From: an uncultured delta proteobacterium | Lineage (GTDB): Bacteria; Desulfobacterota; Syntrophobacteria; Syntrophobacterales; Syntrophobacteraceae | Direction: 5' to 3' | Assembly: GCA_963808625.1 (NCBI GenBank) | Contig: CAWEHK010000054.1 | Span: 1 to 64,000 of the forward strand | Length of the DNA stretch: 64,000 bases | In this document: positions 31,258 to 41,904 of the stretch, one piece after another | How the letters are laid out: each line of letters begins with the position of its first letter | Position numbering within the stretch: the first letter of the stretch is position 1 | Made by a program: the position numbers and the translations under genes | Notes under the pieces: model-generated | Seen by the model: the letters and a program-made list of their open reading frames with translations, nothing else | Databases searched by the model: none | What the model was told of the DNA's origin: nothing

Positions 31258-31911
31258 ATGAGATGCTTTCGCGTATGTGTTGCAATGGTTAATTTGGTTG
31301 CTTTCCTCGCAGGATGCACCGCTCAAAGGCTGCCTGATTATTCGCCTCGGTCTGCGCAACAGTATCCCCACAAGGAGACCCAAAATGACTTGACGGTGGC
31401 GATTCATCCGATGACGCAAGAGAGCGAGGTTGAGCAGTATTTTGGGACGAACCTGTTAGCGGACGACATCCTTCCCGTTGTCATCGTGGTCGAGAATCGA
31501 AACCCGGAGCTGCACTTTGTCATTCGAAAGGAGGAGATCAAGCTGGTAAACCAGAGTGCTCAGCGTTTTGACCGGTCGAGCAATCCTGAAACCGTCGGCT
31601 CCACGACTTCCGAGAAAACAGCTGGAGCTCTTGCTGGTGCGGGTCTCCTCATATTTCCGGTCCTTGGGTTTGTGGCCGTTGGAATGACTGGAAAGGTCTC
31701 CAGCGACGCGGAAGTGAGAAGGAATTTTGCCATGAAAGAGTTCCAGCAGACAACGATCTCGCCTGGGGACTCCAAGTCCGGTTTCGTCTATTTCCAACTG
31801 CCCAAACCGGCAGACAGTCCTGCACAATGGCGGTTTCAAATTCAGGCTATAGACGTGAAGAATAAAAGTTCGCTTCCGTTTATCTACGATTTTGATTGGA
31901 AGAGGAGGTAA
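31258..31911 (+). CDS. Lipoprotein, unknown function
   Basis: RBS AAGGAG; lipobox LAGC. Confidence 0.75.
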   Translation: MRCFRVCVAMVNLVAFLAGCTAQRLPDYSPRSAQQYPHKETQNDLTVAIHPMTQESEVEQYFGTNLLADDILPVVIVVENRNPELHFVIRKEEIKLVNQSAQRFDRSSNPETVGSTTSEKTAGALAGAGLLIFPVLGFVAVGMTGKVSSDAEVRRNFAMKEFQQTTISPGDSKSGFVYFQLPKPADSPAQWRFQIQAIDVKNKSSLPFIYDFDWKRR

Positions 31912-31913
31912 TA

Positions 31914-32525
31914 ATGACAGCCCGACCGAAGGTATGGAATATTTCATTGATGATGGTGGCCATTGGCCTTCTTGCTATGGGTTGTACTACTATTTATGAC
32001 GTACCCAAGCAACCCGTCGTGTTTCCCGCAGCCGACAAGGTAAATATGATCGTTGAGCTTCGCCTTACTGACGCACTCTGCAACGCGACATGGGTAAAAC
32101 ACCATTTGGGTGATACTTTTATTTTGCCAATTGGAGGGCCGTTATGCATGAACTCCGAGGCAGTCGCCCGTTCCGTCTTCACCGATGTAATCGTCACTAA
32201 AGATGCTACTACCTCCGGCACGACCGGTGCTGATGCCGTCCTCACACCAAGCCTCGCCGCAATCGAACGCGATCGGCCAGTTACGGGTTTTACAGATCAG
32301 ACCACCTCCATTTTGTTCAATTGGTCACTCAACGACCCCAATGGCCTGCCGATCTGGGTGACGTCGATTTCCGGAGACGGGAAAGGCCCAATGCACAATC
32401 TCGGCTCTACGGATGCGGCATACGAGCAGACCGAGAAGGTGCTTCAGGATGTATTCCGAAAATCATACCGTGAGATGACGAGTGCTCCCTCGATCCGTGA
32501 GTTTGCAGCCACTCTGCACAAATGA
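31914..32525 (+). CDS. Lipoprotein, paralog A
   Basis: RBS GGAGG; lipobox AMGC; highly similar to 32890-33501. Confidence 0.8.
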   Translation: MTARPKVWNISLMMVAIGLLAMGCTTIYDVPKQPVVFPAADKVNMIVELRLTDALCNATWVKHHLGDTFILPIGGPLCMNSEAVARSVFTDVIVTKDATTSGTTGADAVLTPSLAAIERDRPVTGFTDQTTSILFNWSLNDPNGLPIWVTSISGDGKGPMHNLGSTDAAYEQTEKVLQDVFRKSYREMTSAPSIREFAATLHK

Positions 32526-32689
32526 AAATCATGCGTAGTGGTCGGCTCTCGCTTTGACACGGGAATGACTTCCAAAGCATCTCCCATGCTCACGCGTGCG
32601 CCGCCTCAACGCGTGTCTCGGGGGGCGTCGTAGGGGGAGAGTATGGGATTCGTCGATCTCTTCAGGCGTGGTGCCAAAAGTGGCGCGAG

Positions 32690-32875
32690 TAGAGAAACTG
32701 AATAACAGTGAAAGAGTTCCAGCAGACAACGATCTTGCCTGGAGAATCCAAATCCTGGTTCGTGTATTTTCAACTCTCCACGATGGCAGACAGCCCTTCA
32801 CAATGGCGGTTCGAGATTTAGGCTGTAGACCTGAAAAATAGAAACTCACTTACGTCTACCAACGTCTTTGATTGG
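32690..32875 (+). pseudogene. Degenerate duplicate of the 3' end of the 31258-31911 lipoprotein gene
   Basis: GAAAGAGTTCCAGCAGACAACGATCT... repeats 31734-31800. Confidence 0.7.
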
Positions 32876-32889
32876 AAAAGGAGCTGATC

Positions 32890-33501
32890 ATGACAGTCCA
32901 ACCAAAAGTATGGAATATTTCACTCATGATGGTGGCTATAGGCTTTCTTGCCATGGGTTGTACTCATATTTATGATGTACCCAAGCAACCCGTTGTGTTT
33001 CCCGCAGCCGACAAGGTTAATATGACCGTCGAGCTTCGCCTCACTGACGCCCTCTGCAACGCGACGTGGGAAAAACGGGGAATGAGTGACACCTTTATTT
33101 TGCCCATTGGAACCCCACTGTGCATGAATTCGGAGGCCGTCGCCCGTTCTGTGTTCACTGATGTCATAGTCACGAAAGATACGGCTGCCTCCCGCACGAC
33201 CAATGCCGATGCTTTGCTCATACCAAGCTTCGTGGCCCTCGAACGCGACCGGCCGGCGACACTTGGCTCACTTCAGACTACTTCGATCCTATTCAATTGG
33301 TCGCTCAACGACCCCAATGGCCTGCCGATCTGGGTGACAACAATTTCTGGAGACGGGAAAGGCCCCATGCGCCATCCCATGTTTAAGGATGCGGCTTACG
33401 AACAAACTGAGAAAGCACTGCAGGATGTATTTCAAAAATCATTCCGTGAGATGACGAGTTCTCCTTTAATCCGTGAGTTTGCAGCTAATCTGCACAAATG
33501 A
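32890..33501 (+). CDS. Lipoprotein, paralog B
   Basis: Lipobox AMGC; same length and scaffold as paralog A. Confidence 0.8.
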   Translation: MTVQPKVWNISLMMVAIGFLAMGCTHIYDVPKQPVVFPAADKVNMTVELRLTDALCNATWEKRGMSDTFILPIGTPLCMNSEAVARSVFTDVIVTKDTAASRTTNADALLIPSFVALERDRPATLGSLQTTSILFNWSLNDPNGLPIWVTTISGDGKGPMRHPMFKDAAYEQTEKALQDVFQKSFREMTSSPLIREFAANLHK

Positions 33502-33613
33502 AAACTATCCTTAAATGGTAAGGGGTATGAGTGTGAGTGGAACCGATGGTGGCTGCGACTCTTTCGGAATGACGACGGAAAGGGGGGATGCTGTCGAGCA
33601 TTTTTGTCATTAA

Positions 33614-33749
33614 CTAGACAGTGGTAAGTTCTCCAGAAATCCTAAGGTCTCATCTGCTAAGTGCTTGAAATTCCTCATTTGGACAATTTGAGATGTCATT
33701 CCATGGACCTAACAATTTCAGCAACTTACGAGAACTTACCACTGTCCAG
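33614..33749. mobile_element. 136-bp MITE with 20-bp TIRs and 7-bp target-site duplication
   Basis: CTAGACAGTGGTAAGTTCTC ... GAGAACTTACCACTGTCCAG, flanked by TCATTAA at 33607-33613 and 33750-33756. Confidence 0.88.
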
Positions 33750-34065
33750 TCATTAACATCAATAGAATGAACTTTGGGCACAAGTCATGAGACTGTATGG
33801 GAAGAATCTCTGGGGATGTGACGGTCACACGCCGTCCACAGCGCGGCATAGCCGCAACCAAAATTGGGTCGGAATTTCAACGACACCAATAGGTTCCAAA
33901 GAAAATCTTGTCAAGAAAACAAGAAACTCAGGATTAGTATCACAGAGGGCAAGAATACTAATGGAATCAATCATCACCTACCGGTGTCGCTTGCGGGTGA
34001 GGGCGGCCTGAGAATAATTGGGCATCGTTCTAAACGAGGCACACCTTGTCGAAAAGGAGTTAGTC

Positions 34066-35258
34066 ATGAGAAGAAGTATCATTTTAGTCTTAGTCTTTGT
34101 TGCCGTTATCTTCGGGTGGAACTCGTCCGCCAAAGCAGATAGTACACTTACTATTAGCTTCGACGAACTTCCTGTTGGCGGTCTTAGATTTGTGCCAGCT
34201 GATTCCTATATGTCTCTCGGCGTCGTCTTCAGCCGAGATATTCCAATTTACAGTGTCGCAGCCGTAGAACCGGATTGGTGGGTCCAGAAATTCCAGGCCG
34301 GTGGAGGTACACTGCCGAACGTGATGGGCTTAAGCCCAAATGTTGATACAGGAGGGCGTACAATTGACATGGTCTTTGTAGTACCGGGAACAAACATACC
34401 GACGACTACCGATTTCATCAGTGCTTTGTTTGCCGATACAGAGGTTGGATCGACCATTGGTCTTTTTGAAGCTTTCGATATCAATGGAAACCTGATTGGC
34501 TGGCCGGTCCCACCACGCCGGATTCTTCTACTTTAACCCTCCAATTCAATATGCCTGGAATAGCATGGGTGCGCTTTTCCGATATTGACGACGGGTTCGA
34601 AGTTGATAATATCTCTTTCAAAAAACCAAACAAGCCCCCCGTCATCAAGTCCTTCAAAGCAGTTCCAAAATCTGGCGCACCACCCTTGGCTGTAACTTTA
34701 GTGCGTTGCCAAAGATCAGGACGGGACGATAGCGGAATACCGATGGGATTTTGGAGATAATCAGGACCGCTACCACGACAGCGGGCACCACGTCGCACAC
34801 TTACAGGGAGAGGGCACATTCATAGCGAAAGTCACGGTGGTTGACAACGATGGTGGTAAAACCACCTCAAGGATATTCCCATAAGAGTCGTTCTACGGCG
34901 CCGGACCTGACAGGGAAGATCGAGCTGTTTAACTTTGACGAAGTGAACCACAAAGTGAAAATTAAGTTGCGGGTCTCCAATAGTGGAGACTTGCCGGCGA
35001 AACCTTTCGATGTTTCCTTTCCATCTGTCCGATGATGGCACAACGCCATTGGACCCTGTATTCAAGGTGATCAGAGCCAAAAATGGATTGAAGGCAGGAG
35101 CAAGTATTGCTCCCCAAGTTGATGTGAAGTTCCATGATTCGATTTACGGGAAATATATTTTGATCTTCATTGACTCAGAGAAACCCGAGAAGTCTACAGA
35201 GATCGACGAAACAAACAACGGGATAAGGCTGGTTATTCAACCCATGGTGACACACTGA
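34066..35258 (+). CDS. Secreted protein with PKD domain and CARDB-like C-terminal domain (several frameshifts)
   Basis: Signal peptide; P..G.PPL.V, WDFGD, KVTVVDN; C-terminus homologous to 51150-52880. Confidence 0.7.
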
Positions 35259-35575
35259 TCGCGATGGGCAGCGTATTGTGCCCAAGTTGAATTAGCATCT
35301 CTTATCGAATATCAGCAACTTAGAGGGCGGGGTCATGCAGGGGGGCTCTGCCTTCTTTCTTCCTAAGATTCCACAATCTAATTTTTCAAATTGCTTAAGC
35401 ACTTAACTCAGCTGACCAGAACAGATGAGCACGACCACCGAAAGGTAGGAGAAGACATTCTTGACGTTGTGTGCTATCCTTAAATCATTATGAAAAACGG
35501 GTTGAGGGTGCAACGGCCATATCCCGGAACGATTTCTCAGTTATGAGGCCAAGAACCAACCAGGGAGCAGAGACA

Positions 35576-35878
35576 ATGCTGGGTGTCGAGTTTCACAAGA
35601 GCACAAAGAAAATGCTGGAAGAGCCATTCCTGGAAGGCGTCACTCTCGATGAGAAGATCCGGCTGCTCCTTAAATCGGAATATTTGCGACGAATGGCCCG
35701 TTACCGCCACGTAGAACACCTGATGGTGAGCAAGTACGGTATGTCATTCGACCAGTTTGTGGCCCGTCGCATGGTTAGGGAGAAAGGGTTTTCCTGGGAT
35801 GTGGAATCCGATGCAATGGACTGGGAGACCGCCATCAGCGGGATGAAGACCATGGAACGGAAACTCTCGGAACTGTAA
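35576..35878 (+). CDS. Hypothetical protein, antitoxin-like
   Basis: KYGMSFDQF...ESDAMDWE pattern recalled from small TA-associated proteins. Confidence 0.5.
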   Translation: MLGVEFHKSTKKMLEEPFLEGVTLDEKIRLLLKSEYLRRMARYRHVEHLMVSKYGMSFDQFVARRMVREKGFSWDVESDAMDWETAISGMKTMERKLSEL

Positions 35879-36219
35879 CAGGTCCAGGACGTATACGACA
35901 TGCGACCTCCGTGCTGAGGCTCAGGAAGCCACGGTGCAGAGCTGGTTCGTACATGATGTGCCTAGAGCGAATCGTCCCGAGGTCCAGGCACTATTTTACC
36001 GGAAGCTTCACGACAAACGCTGTGCCCTTCCCCGCTTCGCTCTCGCAGGTGATGGTCACATGAAGAGTATCCCCAATGGGCTTTCAACCCAGAATTTGAT
36101 TCCCTCCTTCATGAATGGATTCATTTTTCGATCAATGTCTTCAGCAATGATATGATAAGATAAATGGCAGTGGCGGAAGGTATTCCTGGAACCATTGCAG
36201 CTCAAGGATCAACAGCCGA

Positions 36220-36510
36220 ATGACAATCGCGGAGATTTTGAAGACCAAGCGGGAAGAAATTCTGCGACTGGCAGCGAAATATGGGGCGCGCAATGTGCGC
36301 CTGTTCGGGTCGGTTGCGCGGGGAGAAGCCGGTCCTGGGAGTGATGTGGATTTTCTGGTGGAGATCGATCCAGGACGCAGTCTTATGGACCATGTCAGCC
36401 TCCTTCAGGATCTCGAGGATGTCCTTGGCTGCACGGTGGACGTAGTGAATGAGAAGGCCCTGCACCAACATATCCGCGACCGCGTTCGACAGGAGGCGGT
36501 TCCACTGTGA
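36220..36510 (+). CDS. Minimal nucleotidyltransferase (MNT) antitoxin
   Basis: LFGSVARGE..SDVDFLV. Confidence 0.9.
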   Translation: MTIAEILKTKREEILRLAAKYGARNVRLFGSVARGEAGPGSDVDFLVEIDPGRSLMDHVSLLQDLEDVLGCTVDVVNEKALHQHIRDRVRQEAVPL

Positions 36511-36843
36511 AAGACCCCCTACTTTACATTATCCACATTCATCAGTCTTTGGAGAAAATCCTGGATTACACTCGTGGCGGACGTGAAGCTTTCTTGGCCG
36601 ACCCCAAGACCCAGGATGCGGTTATCCGCAATTTTGAGGTGATTGGCGAGGCAGCCAAACGCCTCCCCGAGTTCATCGTCCTCTACCCCCAAATTCCATG
36701 GCGGAGGATGGCCGGGTTTCGAGATATTTTGATTCACGCAGACCGATCGTGTGGACATGGACGAAATCTGGAACATCGTTGAACAGCATGTCGCACATCT
36801 TTTCGCGGAGATCAATGGCATCCGCAAAGCAATGCAGAGATGA
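36507..36843 (+). CDS. HepT/DUF86 HEPN toxin (frameshift near 36745)
   Basis: DAVIRNFEVIGEA, IPWRRMAGFRDILIH (RxxxxH). Confidence 0.88.
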
Positions 36844-36953
36844 GAAGCTGAGGTTCCGGCCGACCAGTTGCGCACTGTGTTAGTCCCCGACCCGAACTTG
36901 CGCAGTCGTTCCTATCCTGATGCACCTACCGGGACAGATCCCCTGAGCAACAG

Positions 36954-38757
36954 CTATCTTGCTGGCAGCTTCATGATGAATACCGTCCCCTTCCCCGGTT
37001 CGCTCTCGCAGGCGATGGTCCCCCGGTGGGCCTCGATGATGGTTTTGCAGATGGCGAGGCCGAGGCCGGTGCCTTGTTTTCCCTTGGTGGTGAAGAAGGG
37101 GTCGAAAATCTTCTCCCTGATGTCGGGGCTGATCCCCGGCCCGGTGTCGGCGATGGTCACCTGAAGCGCATCCCCGGTGACCTTCCCGGTGATTTCAATG
37201 CGGCCCCCGGCGCCCACGGCTTCGAGACTGTTTTTCACGAGATTGGTGAACACCTGGTGCATGAGGCGCTGATCGATGGTGACTGGAGGGAGCTCGGGCG
37301 GCCAGTCGAGGTGAATCGCAATCCCTTTGCTTTCGGCCTGGGCCTCGAACACATAGAGGAGCTCCCGGAGCGTCCCCTCCAGTGACGCCCGCTGCAGCTT
37401 GAGCTCCGGTTTCTTGGCAAACTGCAGGAAATTCTGGATAAAGGTCCTGACCCGCGCGGCATCCTTTTCCATGATGGCGATGGCCCTTTCGCTGGCGGGA
37501 CTGAGCGTTTCCTTTTTCAACACATTCAGGGTGAGGCCCATGTTGTTGAGAAGGTTCCCCACCTCATGCGTGACCTTGCTCGAGGTGGCCCCAAGGGTCG
37601 CCAGGTTTCTCGCATGAACGAGCTCCCGTGCGCGTCTCCACCTCCCGCTCGATGAACTGCTTCAGGGAATCGGCCATTTCGTTAAAAGCCGTCCCCAGTT
37701 CCCCGATTTCATCCTCGGACGCAATGTCAATTCGCTGATCGAGCTCGCCCCGGCCATACTTCTCAACCTGGTGGTGCAGGGTCCCGCACCGGCAGGAGAA
37801 AATGCCTGACTCGAGACCAGGTCAGGGCCACCGCCGCCAGGCAGACGAAAAGGGTGATCGCCAGCGCCAACCAGAAATTCTGATAGAGATACGCATAGAT
37901 CTCGCGCTCTCTCTGGCTGAGCACAATGAACCAATCGGAGCCTGGAATGCTGCCGCCCAGGCAGTAGTAGGTTCCGTCATCACGCTTTTCCGACCACGCA
38001 ACCGGGGCGTCCGGAGACTCACGGAGCTTCTCCAGGACGCCGGGCGGCACTCCCGGAAGTTCCTTGATAACGCGGTCGATTTCCCGGTGGCCGATGAGCT
38101 TTCCCGTGGCATCCAGAATAGTAGACCATGCCGCTTTCGCCGATCTGGATGCCTTCCAGGACATCCCAGATCGCCTTGAGGTTCAGTTCCGCCAGCAGCA
38201 CCTGGCTCACCTGGCCCAGTCGAAATACCGGCGCGGCGATAAAGAGGTAGGGGATGTGCTCCTTGGTGACCATTGACTCCCGAGGCGGCCATTCGCCCGG
38301 CCAACGCTTCACGGTAAACTTCGAGCTGATCCGGCGCCGTTTCACTCAGGCGTTGACCCACTGCTACCGGGTCTTCTCCATCCGGCGAGACGAGGGAAAG
38401 CCAGACGAACTCGGCGGCAATATGATGGAATGCCGTCAGCGCCATCTCCTGCTGCCACCGGTCCACCTTTGTCGCCGCCAGCACCCAGGCGAGGCTCTCC
38501 AACCCGTTTCTGGCATCGCCCAGGAACGCCCGGATTTCGCCTGCCGAGCTCTTGATGATATTGGTGTAATCCTGTCGGACCGTTTCTCTGAAGCTCAGGT
38601 AGCTGGTCCAGGAGAGGACAAGACCGGTCACAGCGATGGCAAAGACCAGCAGGGGCAGGAGAAAGCGAAGAACTCGAGCGAGCAGTCTGCTCTTTCTGAA
38701 CTCTTTGACCGCCTGGTGCAGTCCCAAAATCCTCGGCATAGGTCTGGCAACTTTCAA
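36954..38757 (-). CDS. Sensor histidine kinase (TM-Cache-TM-HAMP-HisKA-HATPase), several frameshifts
   Basis: H-box VTHEVGNLLNN; NLVKNSLEA, DTGPGI, FFTTK, GTGLGL; periplasmic LDATGKLIGH. Confidence 0.85.
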
Positions 38758-38968
38758 GAAAGAAGCTCACATCAACTCAAACTAAGTTTACCATAACCTT
38801 TTGCAGACCTGGCCCTTGCGAATCAGAGCAGTGTGCGCTCCATAACCTGCTGCCTACAAAAATTCAATGCTGATAGCCAGCTCCCATCGGCGTATCGGCA
38901 TGTCCGGCTTGACCCGGAGGACGGAAAGAAGTATTTTGGGAATCGAAACTTCCACTTTGAGGCGCAAA

Positions 38969-40170
38969 ATGGAAATAATACCTCGATTTTTCCGGGTCCC
39001 TTCGCAGAGTTTCTTCCTTTTCGGCCCTCGTGGTACGGGAAAGTCGACCTGGCTGCGTCATGAACTGCCGGATGCGCTCTTCGTGGACCTGTCAGGCCCG
39101 AGGTGCACCGCGAACTGAGCGCTCACCCCGAGCACCTGAGGGAACTGGTTCTCGGATCTCCCGACCGCCATACCGTCGTCGTCGATGAAGTGCAGCGGGT
39201 GCCCGAGCTCCTCAACGTGGTGCACGACCTGATGTCAAAGCCCGTTTTCCCGCGTTTTGTCCTCACCGGTTCGAGTGCTCGCAAGCTGCGGCGTGGCGGC
39301 GTCGATTTGCTCGCCGGACGGGCGCTCTTGTGCACTCTCCACCCCTTCATGGCTGGGGAATTGGGGGATTTTCATGTGGCCCGGGCGCTGCGCCAGGGAC
39401 TCTTGCCTCTTGCGGTCGCTTCTCCTTACCCCGATGACGTTCTCAAGGCCTACGCTTCTCTCTATCTCGAACAAGAAGTCCAGGTCGAGGGATGGGCCAG
39501 GAACGTGCCCAATTTCGCCCGATTCCTCGAAGCAATCAGTTTTTCCCATGCCGCCGTTTTGAACATCAGCAATGTTGCTCGAGAATGTCATATCGAGCGC
39601 AAGACCGTGGCAACTTACGTCGAAGTCCTTGAAGATCTCCTGCTCGCCTTTCGTGTGCCGGTGTTCTCGCGTCGCGCAAATCGTGAAACAGCTGCCCACC
39701 CCAAATTTTATCTCTTTGACGCCGGCGTTTTTGGCTCAATCCGGCCGCGGGGGCCCCTGGATCGCCCCGAGGAAATCGCGAACGCTGCGCTGGAAGGTCT
39801 GGTAGCACAGCACTTGCGTGCCTGGATCGCCTACTCGGCCCATCAGGCCGGTCTTTTCTACTGGCGCACTCGTTCCGGGGTCGAAGTGGACTTCATCGTC
39901 TACGGTGAAGCGGGTTTCTGGGCCATCGAGGTAAAGAATACCGCCCGCGTGCGGCCGCAGGACTTGCGGCCGCTCAAGGCCTTCGTCTCAGACTATCCGG
40001 AATGCTGCCCATGCCTTCTCTATCGCGGGGATGAGCGACTGAAAATTGGGGGGATCTGGTGCCTGCCCGTAGGAGAGTTCTTACACCGGTTGCACCCTTC
40101 CCAAAGGCTTAATGACTGGCTTGGGCCCCGTGATGACAGCAATTCCACAAGTATCAGCCCTTCCTCCTGA
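38969..40170 (+). CDS. AAA+ ATPase with DUF4143-type C-terminal nuclease-like domain (frameshift near 39100)
   Basis: GPRGTGKST, DEVQR, LTGSSAR, KFYLFDAG, YWRT..G.EVD...IEVK. Confidence 0.88.
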
Positions 40171-40677
40171 CTTCAACCGTGAAGGTCGCAACCTGGGCGT
40201 TGCTTTCTTCCGCTTGACGGATGATTTCCGCAAAGCGGTCCGGTCCGATTTCCACCTCGTTCTCACTGATCGCCAGCGGACCGGCAGAGTAAAAGAGGAA
40301 GAGCTGGTTAATCCCGACATCATCCTCGGAGAATACCGGTGTAATGTGCAGTGGCTGCAAAACCTCCCTGTTTTCGTACAGGACCACAATGTCCTTCCGA
40401 TCTCGTCGAATCATCAGGAGCGGAGGATCATAAAGGCCTCCTGCGCCCCATCCGCCTCCGTATGGACCGCGCGGAAGGCATCCGGCATCCGCCGGAATTC
40501 CCACCTTCCCCTGGCCAGAACAAAGTTGACCAGGGCGACCAGCCGAAATTTTTTGAACTCCTCTCCGGAGACATTCTTCGACTCACCTTTGCCTTCGGAG
40601 AACGTGAAATCTTTTGTCTTCTCCCACAGGAAAGCAAACAATTCCGGGTGATTTTCATCATCGACATGAGACTGCAT
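40154..40677 (-). CDS. Hypothetical protein (probable frameshift near 40420)
   Basis: Two consecutive coding-like ORF halves; no recognised family. Confidence 0.45.
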
Positions 40678-41424
40678 GGCGCCGATTTACCCTTCCCTTC
40701 ATGTTGATCAGCCTGATCAGCGAGAACCTCGCAAACAAGTTCCCACCATTTAGAGCGTGTCAAAAAAGCTCTCACTGGATGAGCTCTCAAAACTGGCTTA
40801 CTCTGTCAACCCGGCGGAAGCAGGGATCCAGAATCCCGCGGAAAACCTGGATTCCGGCTTTCGCCGGAATGACGGTCAAACGCATTTTGACGATTTTGAG
40901 GTAATTACTTAACAGCTTCCTCCATTCCGATCAACCACCATCGGAGTCCTGTCCATTTCTTCCACTCCCGACCGGTTCCCGGTCTCGCCATCGATACTGA
41001 TGTCAAGAGGCCGGGCAGCAGTGACTGGGGAGTGGCCCCATTCATTGCCTGCTGCCGAATCCCAGTTGCTGCCAAGGCGATTTCCGGCAAAATGCCTCAC
41101 CGCCTGCGCCCTCTTGCCCCGGTGCTGGGGAGGGTGCCGCCTGAATGCCCTGGCAAGTGGAGAAAATTTCAACGGTGTTGACTGCCAGGAAGAGGCCATT
41201 TGGCTTATCCTCGATGAGCACATAAGGCAGCAGGTACTAACCGCGCTTTCATCGAAAAATGTGCCCATGGCAAGGGAAGCGGTTTGATGGGGGCTGGGTT
41301 GAAACAGTGACAATGATAGCGAATGGGCTACTCACACAGGTGGATCGCCCCACAAGCACCGAATGCCCTTGTGGGCGGACCCTGTCGTGAAGAGACGCAT
41401 GCTCATGAAACGGGTCCACGGGGG

Positions 41425-41462
41425 CCAATCCCCCGGGCAAATCAGGTTGCCCGGGGGATTGG
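41425..41462 (-). terminator. Perfect 16-bp stem-loop downstream of the small peptide gene
   Basis: CCAATCCCCCGGGCAA-ATCAGG-TTGCCCGGGGGATTGG; no U-tract, so it may stabilise rather than terminate. Confidence 0.6.
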
Positions 41463-41471
41463 GGTTAGAGG

Positions 41472-41561
41472 TTAGCCCACGGAGAACGGGCCGAGCTGGC
41501 AGCAATAAAACGCCGCGGCGTCGATGTCATAAGTACCTTTTTCAATCACGAACAGTGTCAT
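41472..41561 (-). CDS. 29-aa Cys-Cys peptide MTLFVIEKGTYDIDAAAFYCCQLGPFSVG, putative RiPP/signal precursor (geopeptide-like)
   Basis: Strong RBS AAGGAGGTGA just before ATG; downstream hairpin; V-I-E-K-G leader and CCxxG core; absent from ORF track. Confidence 0.75.
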   Translation of the reverse strand: MTLFVIEKGTYDIDAAAFYCCQLGPFSVG

Positions 41562-41904
41562 GGTATCACCTCCTTTCCTTGCATATACCCGCCTTTTGTG
41601 ACACCAGCATTTAATCTACAGATCGCTGGGAAGGTGGTATTCAGGTCACTTTGATTGAAAAAAATTTATATAATGATTCAAATATGATACAACCGATCGC
41701 CAAGAGATTTTCAACGACGATCGACCTGCGTCACCTAATTCTCACGGAATGACGAGAGGTTTGATGAGTAATTCAAGGTGTGGACGTGCATTGGGGGGAT
41801 ACGCATGGAACAGGCAATCTATGAACCGCTGCTTCGCAGTTCATTGACAGCGGTTGCGATTTCGAACTCTATCGAAGGGGAAAACTGGCATCCGCAGGAA
41901 GTGG

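Noticed and set aside
41200..41270. Second CC peptide (MGTFFDESAVSTCCLMCSS...)
   Set aside because: No clear RBS, and it runs on into a long non-coding-like frame; possibly chance
41686..41703. Sigma-54 promoter for the peptide gene (TTGGCGATCGGTTGT, minus strand)
   Set aside because: Spacing is one base short and the -12 GC is missing
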